Below are positions 1 to 13,500 of a stretch of 64,000 bases of DNA, piece by piece. The stretch is from Nemertoderma westbladi (taxonomy: Eukaryota > Animalia > Xenacoelomorpha). Within the stretch, counting starts at the first letter, position 1. Each line of letters opens with the position of its first letter. Position numbers and translations under genes: made by a program. Below the pieces are notes generated by a model that saw nothing but the letters and a program-made list of their open reading frames with translations, did no database searches and had not been told where the DNA came from. The stretch spans positions 39,891 to 103,890 of the forward strand of contig JAUCBJ010002115.1 of NCBI GenBank assembly GCA_032718475.1, given 5' to 3'.

Positions 1-904
1 TAAAGAGCGTCAGCCTGCGTTTAATAAATATATTTTAATACAAAACAGGTCGAACGCAAAGAGGCTTATAATGAAGACGAGTACTGCATTGATTATATTC
101 CTATAAACCACCTGGCTTTGCATATTGAACGTGCGTTTGGAAATAAGTTCGTGCTACCCTTCCGTGGGTGGTAGATGTCGCGGTTATGTATTGGTGGGTG
201 GGAAGGGAGGGGGGGGGGGGTGCAGATTAAAAGGGGTGAACACGTACTGTCCCCCTTTCTTTGATTAATTGGTGGTGTGGGTTAATCTCTCATAACCTGA
301 TTTTGTGATACAGTCGCACAATTTTAATTTGTATCTCATAACTGGGCCTCGTGCTGCGCGAAGGCCCCACGAACGTGTAATGAATGTCTACAAATTTGGT
401 GTAGTAGTATACATACATACTTACATCAGCCACACACTAGGATACAGTTGGCCGCCATCAGCTTTATATAACTTCTCGATTCATCTGCATCAGCGCATTC
501 TGCAGTCACTATACCGAGAATGTATGAAGCCTCGTTTGTAAAGCAATCATTATATTTTTGTCAGCAAAGATGAAATCTTGAAAATTTCATGAATTTCGCT
601 TGGGATGGTTGCTATACACACAAGGCTTTCTTGAGCTGAAAGGCAAACCCAACAGGCATTGAAGTACGCAAGGGAAGCGTGTTGATCTACCCCATCAGCC
701 CGCGCAATAATCATCTACAACTTTAAACCATCAGTACTGGTGGGTTGAATAACACAATTAATATCGCCGTAGGAAATTCTTTCTTAGGAAACTTATTTTC
801 TTATAATTATTTTATAATTACTTATTTTATTAATTATTATCTTAGAAATTTGCTGTCTTTAATTTCTCTGTAATTTAAGCAGAGGTGGCAGACCGTACTG
901 CCCA

Positions 905-1198
905 TCCAATAATGTGTCCATGACACCCCCAATAATGTGTGTATGACACCCCCAATAATGTGTCCATGACACCACCAATAATGTGTCCATGACACCCCCA
1001 ATAATGTGTCCATGACACCCCCAATAATGTGTCCATGACACCCCCAATAATGTGTCCATGACACCCCTAATACTGTGTCCATGACACCCCCATTAATGTG
1101 TCCATGACACACCCAATAATGTGTCCATGACACCCCCAATAATGTGTCCATGACACCCCCAATAATGTGTCCATGACACCCCCAATAATGTGTCCATA
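905..1198. repeat. 23-bp minisatellite, ~13 copies (CCAATAATGTGTCCATGACACCC)
   Basis: AATGTGTCCA occurs at 911 and 1141, exactly 10x23 apart. ORFs 837-1151 and 859-1059 are repeat artefacts. Confidence 0.95.
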
Positions 1199-1286
1199 AT
1201 ACAAAGTTCAGTAATGAAATGTATGGCTGAAACCATAATACATTGATACGTTGTTTACTATCCGATTGCGATAAGGTCCTATAAGA

Positions 1287-4200
1287 TAGAAGCAGCAGAT
1301 ATCCCGCTCATACAATCACAGACACCGACTTAGCCAATGATATCGTCCTGCCTTGCTGCCTTCCAATAAGGTAGAAGCAGCAGATATCCCGCTCATACAA
1401 TCACAGACACCGACTTAGCCAAAGATATCGTCCTGCCTTGCTGCCTTCCAATAAGGTAGAAGCAGCAGATATCCCACTCATACAATCACAGACACCGACT
1501 TAGTCAACGATATCGTCCTGACTTGCTGCCTTCCAATAAGGTAGAAGCAGCAGATATCCCGCTCATACAATCACAGACACCGACTTAGCCAACGATATCG
1601 TCCTGACTTGCTGCCTTCCAATAAGGTAGAAGCAGCAGATATCCCGTTCATACAATCACAGACACCGACTTAGCCAACGATATCGTCCTGCCTTGATGCC
1701 TTCCAATAAGGTAGAAGCAGCAGATATCCCGCTCATACAATCACAGACACCGACTTAGCCAACGATATCGTCCTGCCTTGCTGCCTTCCAATAAGGTAGA
1801 AGCAACAGATATCCCGCTCATACAATCACAAACACCGACTTAGCCGATGATATCGTCCTGCCTTGCTGCCTTCCAATAAGGTAGAAGCAGCAGATATCCC
1901 GCTCATACAATCACAAACACCGACTTAGCCGATGATATCGTCCTGCCTTGCTGCCTTCCAATAAGGTAGAAGCAGCAGATATCCCGCTCATACAATCACA
2001 GACACCGACTTAGCCAATGATATCGTCCTGCCTTGCTGCCTTCCAATAAGGTAGAAGCAGCAGATATCCCGCTCATACAATCACAGACACCGACTTAGCC
2101 AATGATATCGTCCTGCCTTGCTGCCTTCCAATAAGGTAGAAGCAGCAGATATCCCGCTCATACAATCACAGACACCGACTTAGCCAATGATATCGTCCTG
2201 CCTTGCTGCCTTCCAATAAGGTAGAAGCAGCAGATATCCCGCTCTTACAATCACAGACACCCACTTAGCCAACGATATCATCCTGCCTTGCTGCCTTCCA
2301 ATAAGGTAGAAGCAGCAGATATCCCGCTCATACAATCACAGACACCGACTTAGCCAACGATATCGTCCTGCCTTGCTGCCTTCCAATAAGGTAGAAGCAA
2401 CAGATATCCCGCTCATACAATCACAGACACCGACTTAGCCAACGATATCGTCCTGCCTTGCTGCCTTCCAATAAGGTAGAAGCAACAGATATCCCGCTCA
2501 TACAATCACAGACACCGACTTAGCCAACGATATCGTCCTGCCTTGCTGCCTTCCAATAAGGTAGAAGCAGCAGATATCCCGCTCATACAATCACAGACAC
2601 CGACTTAGCCAACGATATCGTCCTGCCTTGCTGCCTTCCAATAAGGTAGAAGCAACAGATATCCCGCTCATACAATCACAGACACCGACTTAGCCAAAGA
2701 TATCGTCCTGCCTTGCTGCCTTCCAATAAGGTAGAAGCAGCAGATATCCCGCTCATACAATCACAGACACCGACTTAGCCAACGATATCGTCCTGCCTTG
2801 CTGCCTTCCAATAAGGTAGAAGCAACAGATATCCCGCTCATACAATCACAGACACCGACTTAGCCAACGATATCGTCCTGCCTTGCTGCCTTCCAATAAG
2901 GTAGAAGCAACAGATATCCCGCTCATACAATCACAGACACCGACTTAGCCAAAGATATCGTCCTGCCTTGCTGCCTTCCAATAAGGTAGAAGCAGCAGAT
3001 ATCCCGCTCATACAATCACAGACACCGACTTAGCCAACGATATCGTCCTGCCTTGCTGCCTTCCAATAAGGTAGAAGCAACAGATATCCCGCTCATACAA
3101 TCACAGACACCGACTTAGCCAACGATATCGTCCTGCCTTGCTGCCTTCCAATAAGGTAGAAGCAGCAGATATCCCGCTCATACAATCACAGACACCGACT
3201 TAGCCAAAGATATCGTCCTGCCTTGCTGCCTTCCAATAAGGTAGAAGCAGCAGATATCCCGCTCATACAATCACAGACACCGACTTAGCCAACGATATCG
3301 TCCTGCCTTGCTGCCTTCCAATAAGGTAGAAGCAGCAGATATCCCGCTCATACAATCACAGACACCGACTTAGCCAACGATATCGTCCTGCCTTGCTGCC
3401 TTCCAATAAGGTAGAAGCAACAGATATCCCGCTCATACAATCACAAACACCGACTTAGCCGTCGATATCGTCCTGCCTTGCTGCCTTCCAATAAGGTAGA
3501 AGCAGCAGATATCCCGCTCATACAATCACAGACACCGACTTAGCCAATGATATCGTCCTGCCTTGCTGCCTTCCAATAAGGTAGAAGCAGCAGATATCCC
3601 GCTCATACAATAACAAACACCGACTTAGCCAACGATATCGTCCTGCCTTGCTGCCTTCCAATAAGGTAGAAGCAGCAGATATCCCGCTCATACAATCACA
3701 GACACCAACTTAGCCAACGATATCGTCCTGCCTTGCTGCTTTCCAATAAGGTAGAAGCAGCAGATATCCCGCTCATACAATCACAGACACCGACTTAGCC
3801 AACGATATCGTCCTGCCTTGCTGCCTTCCAATAAGGTAGAAGCAGCAGATATCCCGCTCATACAATAACAAACACCGACTTAGCCAACGATATCGTCCTG
3901 CCTTGCTGCCTTCCAATAAGGTAGAAGCAACAGATATCCCGCTCATACAATCACAGACACCGACTTAGCCAACGATATCGTCCTGCCTTGCTGCTTTCCA
4001 ATAAGGTAGAAGCAGCAGATATCCCGTTCATACAATCACAGACACCGACTTAGCCAACGATTATCGTCCTGCCTTGCTGCCTTCCAATAAGGAAGAAGCA
4101 ACAGATATCCCGCTCATACAATCACAGACACCGACTTAGCCAACGATATCGTCCTGCCTTGCTGCCTTCCAATAAGGTAGAAGCAGCAGATATCCCGCTC

Positions 4201-7200
4201 AAACAATCACAGACACCGACTTAGCCAAAGATATCGTCCTGCCTTGCTGCCTTCCAATAAGGTAGAAGCAGCAGATATCCCGCTCATACAATCACAGACA
4301 CCGACTTAGCCAATGCTATCGTCCTGCCTTGCTGCCTTCCAATAAGGTAGAAGCAGCAGATATCCCGCTCATACAATAACAAACACCGACTTAGCCAATG
4401 ATATCGTCCTGCCTTGCTGCTTTCCAATAAGGTAGAAGCAGCAGATATCCCGCTCATACAATAACAAACACCGACTTAGCCAACGATATCGTCCTGCCTT
4501 GCTGCCTTCCAATAAGGTAGAAGCAGCAGATATCCCGCTCATACAATAACAAACACCGACTTAGCCAACGATATCGTCCTGCCTTGCTGCCTTCCAATAA
4601 GGTAGAAGCAGCAGATATCCCGCTCATACAATCACACACACCGACTTAGCCAACGATATCGTCCTGCCTTGGTGCCTTCCAATAAGGTAGAAGCAGCAGA
4701 TATCCCGCTCATACAATCACAGACACCGACTTAGCCAACGATATCGTCCTGCCTTGCTGCCTTCCAATAAGGTAGAAGCAGCAGATATCCCGCTCATACA
4801 ATCACAGACACCGACTTAGCCGATGATATCGTCCTGCCTTGCTGCCTTCCAATAAGGTAGAAGCAGCAGATATCCCACTCATACAATCACAGACACCGAC
4901 TTAGCCGATGATATCGTCATGCCTTGCTGCCTTCCAATAAGGTAGAAGCAGCAGATATCCCGCTCATACAATCACAAACACCGACTTAGCCAACGATATC
5001 GTCCTGCCTTGCTGCCTTCCAATAAGGTAGAAGCAACAGATATCCCGCTCATACAATCACAGACACCGACTTAGCCAACGATATCGTCCTGCCTTGCTGC
5101 CTTCCAATAAGGTAGAAGCAGCAGATATCCCGCTCATACAATCACAGACACCGACTTAGCCAACGATATCGTCCTGCCTTGCTGCCTTCCAATAAGGTAG
5201 AATCATCAGATATCCCGCTCATACAATCACAGACACCGACTTAGCCAACGATATCGCCCTGCCTTGCTGCCTTCCAATAAGGTATAAGCATCAGATATCC
5301 CGCTCATGCAATCACAGACACCGACTTAGCCAACGATATCGTCCTGCCTTGCTGCCTTCCAATAAGGTAGAAGCATCAGATATCCCGCTCATACAATCAC
5401 AGACACCGACTTAGCCAACGATATCGCCCTGCCTTGCTGCCTTCCAATAAGGTAGAAGCATCAGATATCCCGCTCATACAATCACAGACACCGACTTAGC
5501 CAACGATATCGTCCTGCCTTGCTGCTTTCCAATAAGGTAGAAGCAACAGATATCCCGCTCATACAATCACAGACACCGACTTAGCCAACGATATCGTCCT
5601 GCCTTGCTGCTTTCCAATAAGGTAGAAGCAACAGATATCCCGCTCATACAATCTCAAACACCGACTTAGCCAACGATATCGTCCTGCCTTGCTGCCTTCC
5701 AATAAGGTAGAAGCAGCAGATATCCCGCTCATACAATCACAAACACCGACTTAGCCGACGATATCGTCCTGCCTTGTTGCCTTCCAATAAGGTAGAAGCA
5801 GCAGATATCCCGCTCACACAATCACAGACACCGACTTAGCCAACGATATCGTCCTGCCTTGCTGCCTTCCAATAAGGTAGAAGCATCAGATATCCCGCTC
5901 ATACAATCACAGACACCGACTTAGCCAACGATATCGCCCTGCCTTGCTGCCTTCCAATAAGGTAGAAGCATCAGATATCCCGCTCATACAATCACAGACA
6001 CCGACTTAGCCAACGATATCGTCCTGCCTTGCTGCTTTCCAATAAGGTAGAAGCAACAGATATCCCGCTCATACAATCACAGACACCGACTTAGCCAACG
6101 ATATCGTCCTGCCTTGCTGCTTTCCAATAAGGTAGAAGCAACAGATATCCCGCTCATACAATCTCAAACACCGACTTAGCCAACGATATCGTCCTGCCTT
6201 GCTGCCTTCCAATAAGGTAGAAGCAGCAGATATCCCGCTCATACAATCACAAACACCGACTTAGCCGACGATATCGTCCTGCCTTGTTGCCTTCCAATAA
6301 GGTAGAAGCAGCAGATATCCCGCTCACACAATCACAGACACCGACTTAGCCCACGATATCGCCCTGCCTTGCTGCCTTCCAATAAGGTAGAAGCAGCAGA
6401 TATCCCGCTCATACAATCACAGACACCCACTTAGCCAACGATATCGTCCTGCCTTGCTGCCTTCCAATAAGGTAGAAGTAGCAGATATCCCGCTCATACA
6501 ATCACAGACACCGACTTAGCCGATGATATCGTCCTGCCTTGCTGCCTTCCAATAAGGTAGAAGCAGCAGATATCCCGCTCATACAATCACAGACACCGAC
6601 TTAGCCGATGATATCGTCCTGCCTTGCTGCCTTCCAATAAGGTAGAAGCAGCAGATATCCCGCTCATACAATCACAGACACCGACTTAGCCAATGATATC
6701 ATCCTGCCTTGCTGCCTTCCAATAAGGTAGAAGCAGCAGATATCCCGCTCATACAATCTCAAACACCGACTTAGCCAACGATATCGTCCTGCCTTGCTGC
6801 CTTCCAATAAGGTAGAAGCAGCAGATATCCCGCTCATACAATCACAGACACCGACTTAGCCAATGATATCATCCTGCCTTGCTGCCTTCCAATAAGGTAG
6901 AAGCAGCAGATATCCCGCTCATACAATCACAAACACCGTCTTAGCCGACGATATCGTCCTGCCTTGTTGCCTTCCAATAAGGTAGAAGCAGCAGATATCC
7001 CGCTCACACAATCACAGACACCGACTTAGCCGACGATATCGCCCTGCCTTGCTGCCTTCCAATAAGGTAGAAGCAGCAGATATCCCGCTCATACAATCAC
7101 AGACACCCACTTAGCCAACGATATCGTCCTGCCTTGCTGCCTTCCAATAAGGTAGAAGTAGCAGATATCCCGCTCATACAATCACAGACACCGACTTAGC

Positions 7201-7596
7201 CGATGATATCGTCCTGCCTTGCTGCCTTCCAATAAGGTAGAAGCAGCAGATATCCCGCTCATACAATCACAGACACCGACTTAGCCGATGATATCGTCCT
7301 GCCTTGCTGCCTTCCAATAAGGTAGAAGCAGCAGATATCCCGCTCATACAATCACAGACACCGACTTAGCCAATGATATCATCCTGCCTTGCTGCCTTCC
7401 AATAAGGTAGAAGCAGCAGATATCCCGCTCATACAATCACAGACACCGACTTAGCCGATGATATCGTCCTGCCTTGCTGCCTTCCAATAAGGTAGAAGCA
7501 GCAGATATCCCGCTCATACAATCACAGACACCGACTTAGCCAACGATATCGTCCTGCCTTGCTGCCTTCCAATAAGGTAGAAGCAGCAGATATCCC
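1287..7596 (+). repeat. 85-bp satellite array, ~74 copies; monomer derived from a LINE RT motif
   Basis: GTAGAAGCAG at 1371, 1456, 1541 and onward gives period 85. Unit: TAGAAGCAGCAGATATCCCGCTCATACAATCACAGACACCGACTTAGCCAACGATATCGTCCTGCCTTGCTGCCTTCCAATAAGG. One 1-bp insertion near 4061. Confidence 0.97.
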
Positions 7597-8700
7597 TTTT
7601 AGTCCGCCAACCCGGCCCTAGTAACCGTTTTAGCAACAGATTTATGAAATTTAAATTATTAATTTCTTTGTCTCACCTTTCCTTTTCCTGAGAAAATCAA
7701 CAAACAGTTTTAAGAATTAAAAACCCATCACACAACTTAAATAACATCTCGGGAACATATCAAGGGCAATATAAAATCAAATAGAGTCTAATGTCGCAGA
7801 AACAGGCCCATTATTTGGACCAGAGTAATTTACACAAGTAACAAAATATTAAGTTTAAGAAGTGGAGAATTCGTGTACCTTTACTCAACTATTTGTTCCA
7901 ATATTTGTAACTATTTTTAAAAATTATTATTTAATTAATTTAATTTAAGTAATTATTTAAAAATATCACTACAGCTCAGTAGCATGGTGATACTTCCCGT
8001 CATATTGTACACACTTGGGTGACATTTACAGTCCACGTTACCATAGCAACAGACCGCAACAATTAAATGTGACACACGTCGCATAGCTATAACCTTCGAC
8101 TGTTAGTCAGCATCCTATCGTGATTTTGGGGTACCGGTATATTGTTTAATACAAATATGAATTTTAAAGAATCTCAGGCGTTTATCGAAACCTACAGTTA
8201 ATAGTTAACTCACTCTAAATGCTGCTGAGATATTTGTTTTGCAGCAGGCAGGTACATCACACTATGCACCGTCGAGACAGGGGTTGGGCGGGGGGGGGGG
8301 GGGCAAATCCCATTTCGGCGAATTATTTTGTCTCAATGTTAAATTATCAATTTAGGGAAAGGAGCAGTTTACAGTGGCACGTTATTCCAACTAAAACAAT
8401 AAACGAATCTCAACAGAACAGATTGAAATTTAATTTTTGAGAGTAAACAGGTGTTATTTGCGTCGATTTTCACCCTGGAGAGGGATCAATTTTGATTGCG
8501 TCGAAACTATCACTTGCATTTGCCTATTATTATTATTATGACTTGATGGAAATGGATGGTGACGAACATATTCCTACTCTTAAAGGAAAACTTGCCCGAA
8601 TGTGGTTTGTGAAGAGATATGCATATTTATTATGTGGAGCAAAGAAAGATGAGCCATTAAGAATTGCTTCAGTTGGCGGAAAGTTAAAATAAAAGGTGTC

Positions 8701-8908
8701 AGCACTACTACTACTATTGGCATGCTACATTGCAGATGCATAATATATATTACACATATATTTAGATGCTGTGCCGTCTTGTCGACAAAATTGCGCTGCC
8801 ACAACTCTCTGCCACCCATGACATTTGCTAGATCATCCGCATCTTCAAGGCCAATGTCCTTTAAGTTGCGTCTCAAGAAAGTCATGGGCTGTCCACCATG
8901 CTTATTCA
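8701..8908 (-). mobile_element. 3' end fragment of an RTE-type LINE (family 2) with (TAG)n tail
   Basis: Minus-strand translation NKHGGQPMTFLRRNLKDIGLEDADDLANVMGGRELWQRNFVD nearly matches the 53268-53474 copy. Tail reads CTACTACTACTA on plus. Confidence 0.85.
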
Positions 8909-9506
8909 GTACCAGTCCGGTACAGTACAGTACCAGTACCGGTCCGGTACAGTACCAGTACGGGTCCGGTACAGTACAGTACCAGTACAGGTCCGGTACA
9001 GTACAGTACCAGTACGGGTCCTGTACAGTACCAGTACGGGTCTGGTACAGTACAGTACCGGTCCGGTCCGGTACAGTACCAGTACCGGTCCTGTACAGTA
9101 CAGTACAGTACCAGTACGGGTCCGGTACAGTACCAGTACGGGTCCGGTACAGTACAGTACCGGTCCTGTCCGGTACAGTACCAGTACCGGTCCGGTACAG
9201 TACAGTACCAGTACCGGTCCGGTACAATGCCAGTACGGGTCCGGTACAGTACCAGTACGGGTCCAGTACAGTACCAGTACCGGTCTGGTACAGTACAGTA
9301 CGGGTCCGGTACAGTACCAGTACGGGTCCGGTACAGTACCAGTACGGGTCCGGTACAGTACAGTACCGGTCCGGTCCGGTACAGTACCGGTCCGGTACAG
9401 TACAGTACCAGTACGGGTCCGGTACAGTACCAGTACGGGTCCGGTACAGTACAGTACCGGTCCGGTCCGGTACAGTACCAGTACCGGTCCGGTACAGTAC
9501 AGTACC
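8907..9506. repeat. Complex microsatellite of GTACA / GTACCA / GGTCC units
   Basis: Directly visible. Multi-frame open ORFs (8580-9599, 8722-9555 and others) are artefacts. A second block at 9667-9788 starts with the same ~45 bp. Confidence 0.93.
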
Positions 9507-9634
9507 TGTTTTGAATTTCCCCCTTACATCCGTATCACTGTACCTCATTGTATAAATCAGATTTGGTGATAGGGTGTAATAGTGCAATTTGAAATCCATT
9601 GTATCAACTATGTTATTATACTATCATTCTCACC

Positions 9635-9666
<32 letters not shown>

Positions 9667-9669
<3 letters not shown>

Positions 9670-9788
9670 CAGTACCAGTCCGGTACAGTACAGTACCAGT
9701 ACCGGTCCGGTACAGTTCAGTACCAGTACGGGTCCGGTACAGTACCAGTACGGGTCCGGTACAGTACCGGTCCGGTACAGTACCAGTA
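9667..9788. repeat. Second block of the GTACA/GGTCC microsatellite, after a ~30-nt poly(A)
   Basis: Same units as 8907-9506. Confidence 0.9.
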
Positions 9789-9811
9789 GGCCTACGGGTC
9801 ATTTATAGAAA

Positions 9812-9990
9812 GACATAGAAATTAGTAAAGCAAAGGCGTGGGTAGCTCTATCAAAAATGGTCAGATCTCTCCAGGCACCTGAAGAATAAGTTCTTTCGAA
9901 CCACAGAGGAAAGTGTACTTTTAAACGGGGATGATACCTGGACACTACTGACAAACAAAGAATTGTTGGTGTTACGCAAAGCTACTAAGG
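9812..9990 (+). mobile_element. Internal fragment of RTE-type LINE (family 1)
   Basis: GACATAGAAATTAGTAAAGCAAAGGCGTGGGTAGCTCTA... aligns with 41321-41525, with small deletions. Confidence 0.8.
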
Positions 9991-9999
9991 TTTCATATT

Positions 10000-10535
10000 T
10001 CAGCAAAAATACTGAAATATATCACCATAAAAAATAAACACTTTTCTTGAATAATGTAATAAGTTTGCTAAAACACTACAATATAAATATATCACAATAA
10101 ATATAAATAACTTTATTCATATGTGATTAGGTCTCAGAAATACTGAAATATATATCACAATAAATAATAAATATTTTCCTTTACATATATGTAATTGATC
10201 GCAAAAGTACTGAAATATATAACACCATAAATTATAATTAGTTTCCTTCATATATATATTTAATTATGTCGCAAAAATACTTAAATATATATCACAATAA
10301 ATAATAAATATTTTATTTTAAATATATGTAATTGATCGCAAAAGTACTGAAATATATAACACCATAAATTATAATTATTTTCCTTCATATATATATTTAA
10401 TTATGTCGCAAAAATACTTAAATATATATCACAATAAATAATAAATATTTTATTTTAAATATATGTAATTGATCGCAAAAGTACTGAAATATATCTCACC
10501 ATAAATATTAAATATTTTCCTTCGTATATATATAT
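10000..10535. repeat. AT-rich tandem repeat; ~68-bp subunits forming a ~137-bp dimer
   Basis: Recurrent CAAAA(A/G)TACT(G/T)AAATATATA..CAC(A/C)ATAAA blocks. Confidence 0.75.
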
Positions 10536-10589
10536 AACTTATCGTCGTATATTCATTACACCTTCTTTATATCATGAGGTGCCATTTAT

Positions 10590-13500
10590 CTAATTGATTC
10601 GGCTAAATATCTTTTTAGCGCGATTCTGGAAACTTTTAAGCTGAGCGGAATAGATAATTGGGTTGCAGAATATGTTGATGAGAACCATGATGCGAACGAA
10701 CACATATATAGGAGTCCCCTTTGCATGCTGAAACAATTACAATAGTAATAAACAAGACAGCTTTAAACTGCTTGAAAATATTATATAATATCATGACCTA
10801 CTAAAGATATCTTTAGTAAGTCAGTTAGTTATATTATCAATACTCCTAAAATATATAGAAATTTAGTTGTGTTACAAATAAATAACATCAACGTATGAAT
10901 CGCTTAGATGAATCACTTGTTGACTTCATTAAAGCCTTCTATTCCTTCTATTCCGTCCCCCGACCACCTATGGCGCCATACGTGTGTTTACCTGATGATG
11001 ACTCAGGTCCACTCTTAGTCCTATGGGGAGTTATTGTAGTTGACACACTTTCTTGCACATTTATTATTCATTATTGTGGTTGATTTTGTTCTACTGATGT
11101 CCTTAGATCAACTTAATAAAGATGGGGTGATGGTAACACCCCCTACTGGCACAAATAGTAGAGGAAATCCAGCAAAGTATCATACTGATCTAGACTTTGA
11201 TGATGAATTTGGGGTACTGTCAGACTCACTAGAGGGAACACAAAAGCCCCTCTGCTCATTGGAGCAGGTTGCTTCTAGTGTTGGTCTTTTTATAAACTCC
11301 AAGAAAACTAAAATTTTGACAGTGAACTTTAACTGCCCTCATGAAATTTCTGATCGTATGAGCACAACCTCCAGCGATGGCTTACCTGAGCACGTGGATG
11401 ACTTCTGTTACATGTGATCATGGATCCGGAAGTCCTTCAGATACGTAAGGGGGAGGCATACGCAGCGTTAAATAGTCTGTCCAGGATTTGGAAGTCCCAT
11501 AGAATAAAACAAAAACTTAAGGTCCGATTATTTAGTCCATGCTGGGCTCTAACTGCAGAGGATACCAAATCTCTGGATGACACTTTCACAAAAATGCTCC
11601 GCCGGGTTTGTTGTGTCAAGTACAAAGATCACTTCTCGAATCGAACTCTATACAACATCAGGCTGTTTCATCGGGGGATTCCAGGAAAAATATAGCAAAA
11701 TATTAAATGTCCTATAGTTGTCCTGTAGGTCCTATAGTTTTCGGCTCACATATTTTTTTATAGAATAATAATATGAAAAACAATAATATAAAAAATATTA
11801 TAAAAAATAATGTCTAATAATAAAATAGATAGTCCCGTCTACACTATCTGTACTTGCTTTAATAGTACTGATGGTCACTTACCACGTATCCTGTGACAAA
11901 TCTTTGAATTTGGGTAATCGAATTTGGAATCCAACAAATACCAAAGAAAATTGAACAAATCAAAGCTGTGCGAATAATATTTGTAGACCTTTTATCTCCT
12001 GTAATTAACAAAATTCCTGTACAATATGCAGCAATCCCGGAAGGAAGAGTAATAATAAAAAGTTTTTTGAGATTACAGTGTCTGTGGCAATATCAAAATT
12101 TCCTGTCAGATTTGTCCATTACCTATATTCACATTCGTAGATGAACTGATACATTACATAAGGTAATAAATATTTATCAGAAACCAGTGAACTCGGTTCT
12201 TACCATAAACACACCTTTTATTGAAGAGGCCTTTCCAGAAGCAATAAGTTTCAGATATATTGCTGCATAACAGATTCCCATGTAAATAACTTGTGGAAAT
12301 GGCCGTATAACAACAAAATATAGCGGGAGCCAAGGCATTCTATATCTTATGCATTTATAATCATCATCAAATCTAGAAGAAAAAAAATATATTGGCAGTT
12401 TGTTGTTCAAAGTTCCCTTAACATTAAGTTAGCAGCAGCATTTCATTACAGTATTAAAACCAAAACTTCTTGAATAACTGAATGAAACTAACCAGAAAGA
12501 TCCCAAATTCAAAGATCTTTAAAAATTAACAATAAATCTTTAACAATGTCACCGTCGGTTAAGTACCTAGGAATTCAAATTGATCAAAAGTTATCGTGGA
12601 AAACCCATATAACATATGTCTTATCAAAGTTATCTAAAACAGCTGGTATTTTTTATAAGTTGCGACACTTTTTTGGTCTACGTATCCTAAAACTTCATTA
12701 TTTTTCACTCGTGCACCCGTATATAAACTATGGACTTATTATTTGGGGGAATGCTGGCTCCTCTCTGATAAAAAAAGTAAGACAAAAAATTAATAAAATC
12801 TTAAGATGCATAACCTTTTCTGACCGTCTCGCGCATCCCTTTCCGTTATATCAAAGTTTTAAAATATTACCCGTTCAACATTTGCACTCACTTCAATATT
12901 CAGCCTAAATATTGATCCAGACAAATCAAATTGGATGGTAATCGCAGGAAAAAAGGGAGCAGCTACCGCAAAGTCTCTAAAAATAAACGGAACTGAAATG
13001 AAGCCATCGAATCATATTAAATTTCTGGGGTTTAAAATCTCACCAACAGGTAAACATTTATCTGAGATCATCAAATCAATTGCAATGCATTCCGAGATAT
13101 TCCACAACTTTAGATGGACTGCACAAAGATATAACGTTGAAATAGTAGCCAAGTTATGGAGATCTCTAGCATTACCATCAATTCTATACAAAACAACATA
13201 TCACTTTGGCGCATTATCAAAATCGGAGCTACTGTCAGCAGACGCCTACCATAGAAAAGTGTTACGCGGTTTAATTAATGTAGGAAATTACGTGTCCAAT
13301 GGTACACTGCTTAACCTATACCGCACCGATGACATATCAAACTCAGCTTACCGGCAATGCTTGGGAACCATGCTGCGTTCGATTAGATCTCCAAACACTC
13401 ATATCCAGCAGTGCATAAGGATAGCGGTCCAACTCAACTCCATTGATCCTAAAGGTGCGCAATATTGTGGGATTGGTGGCACCTACAACAATGCCAGGCT

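Noticed and set aside
49-174. Possible plus-strand exon (VERKEAYNEDEYCIDYIPINHLALHIE...)
   Set aside because: It has an AG acceptor and an open frame, but no recognisable homology and no partner exon in the window.
424-714. Minus-strand segment bounded by AG and GTAAGT
   Set aside because: It has stops in all three frames and no ERp44 similarity.
1287-7596. CRISPR-like array
   Set aside because: Units are wholly repeated with no unique spacers, the context is eukaryotic, and no cas genes are present.
7677-7687. 11-nt minus-strand micro-exon candidate (GAAAAGGAAAG)
   Set aside because: The splice-like flanks are good, but it is too short to assign and does not match the expected ERp44 continuation.
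8580-9818. Long ORFs of 223-339 aa
   Set aside because: They are open in several frames on both strands because the microsatellite lacks stops; one runs into a LINE remnant.
10590-10727. GPCR as an opsin
   Set aside because: Leu, not Lys, lies six residues before NPxxY.
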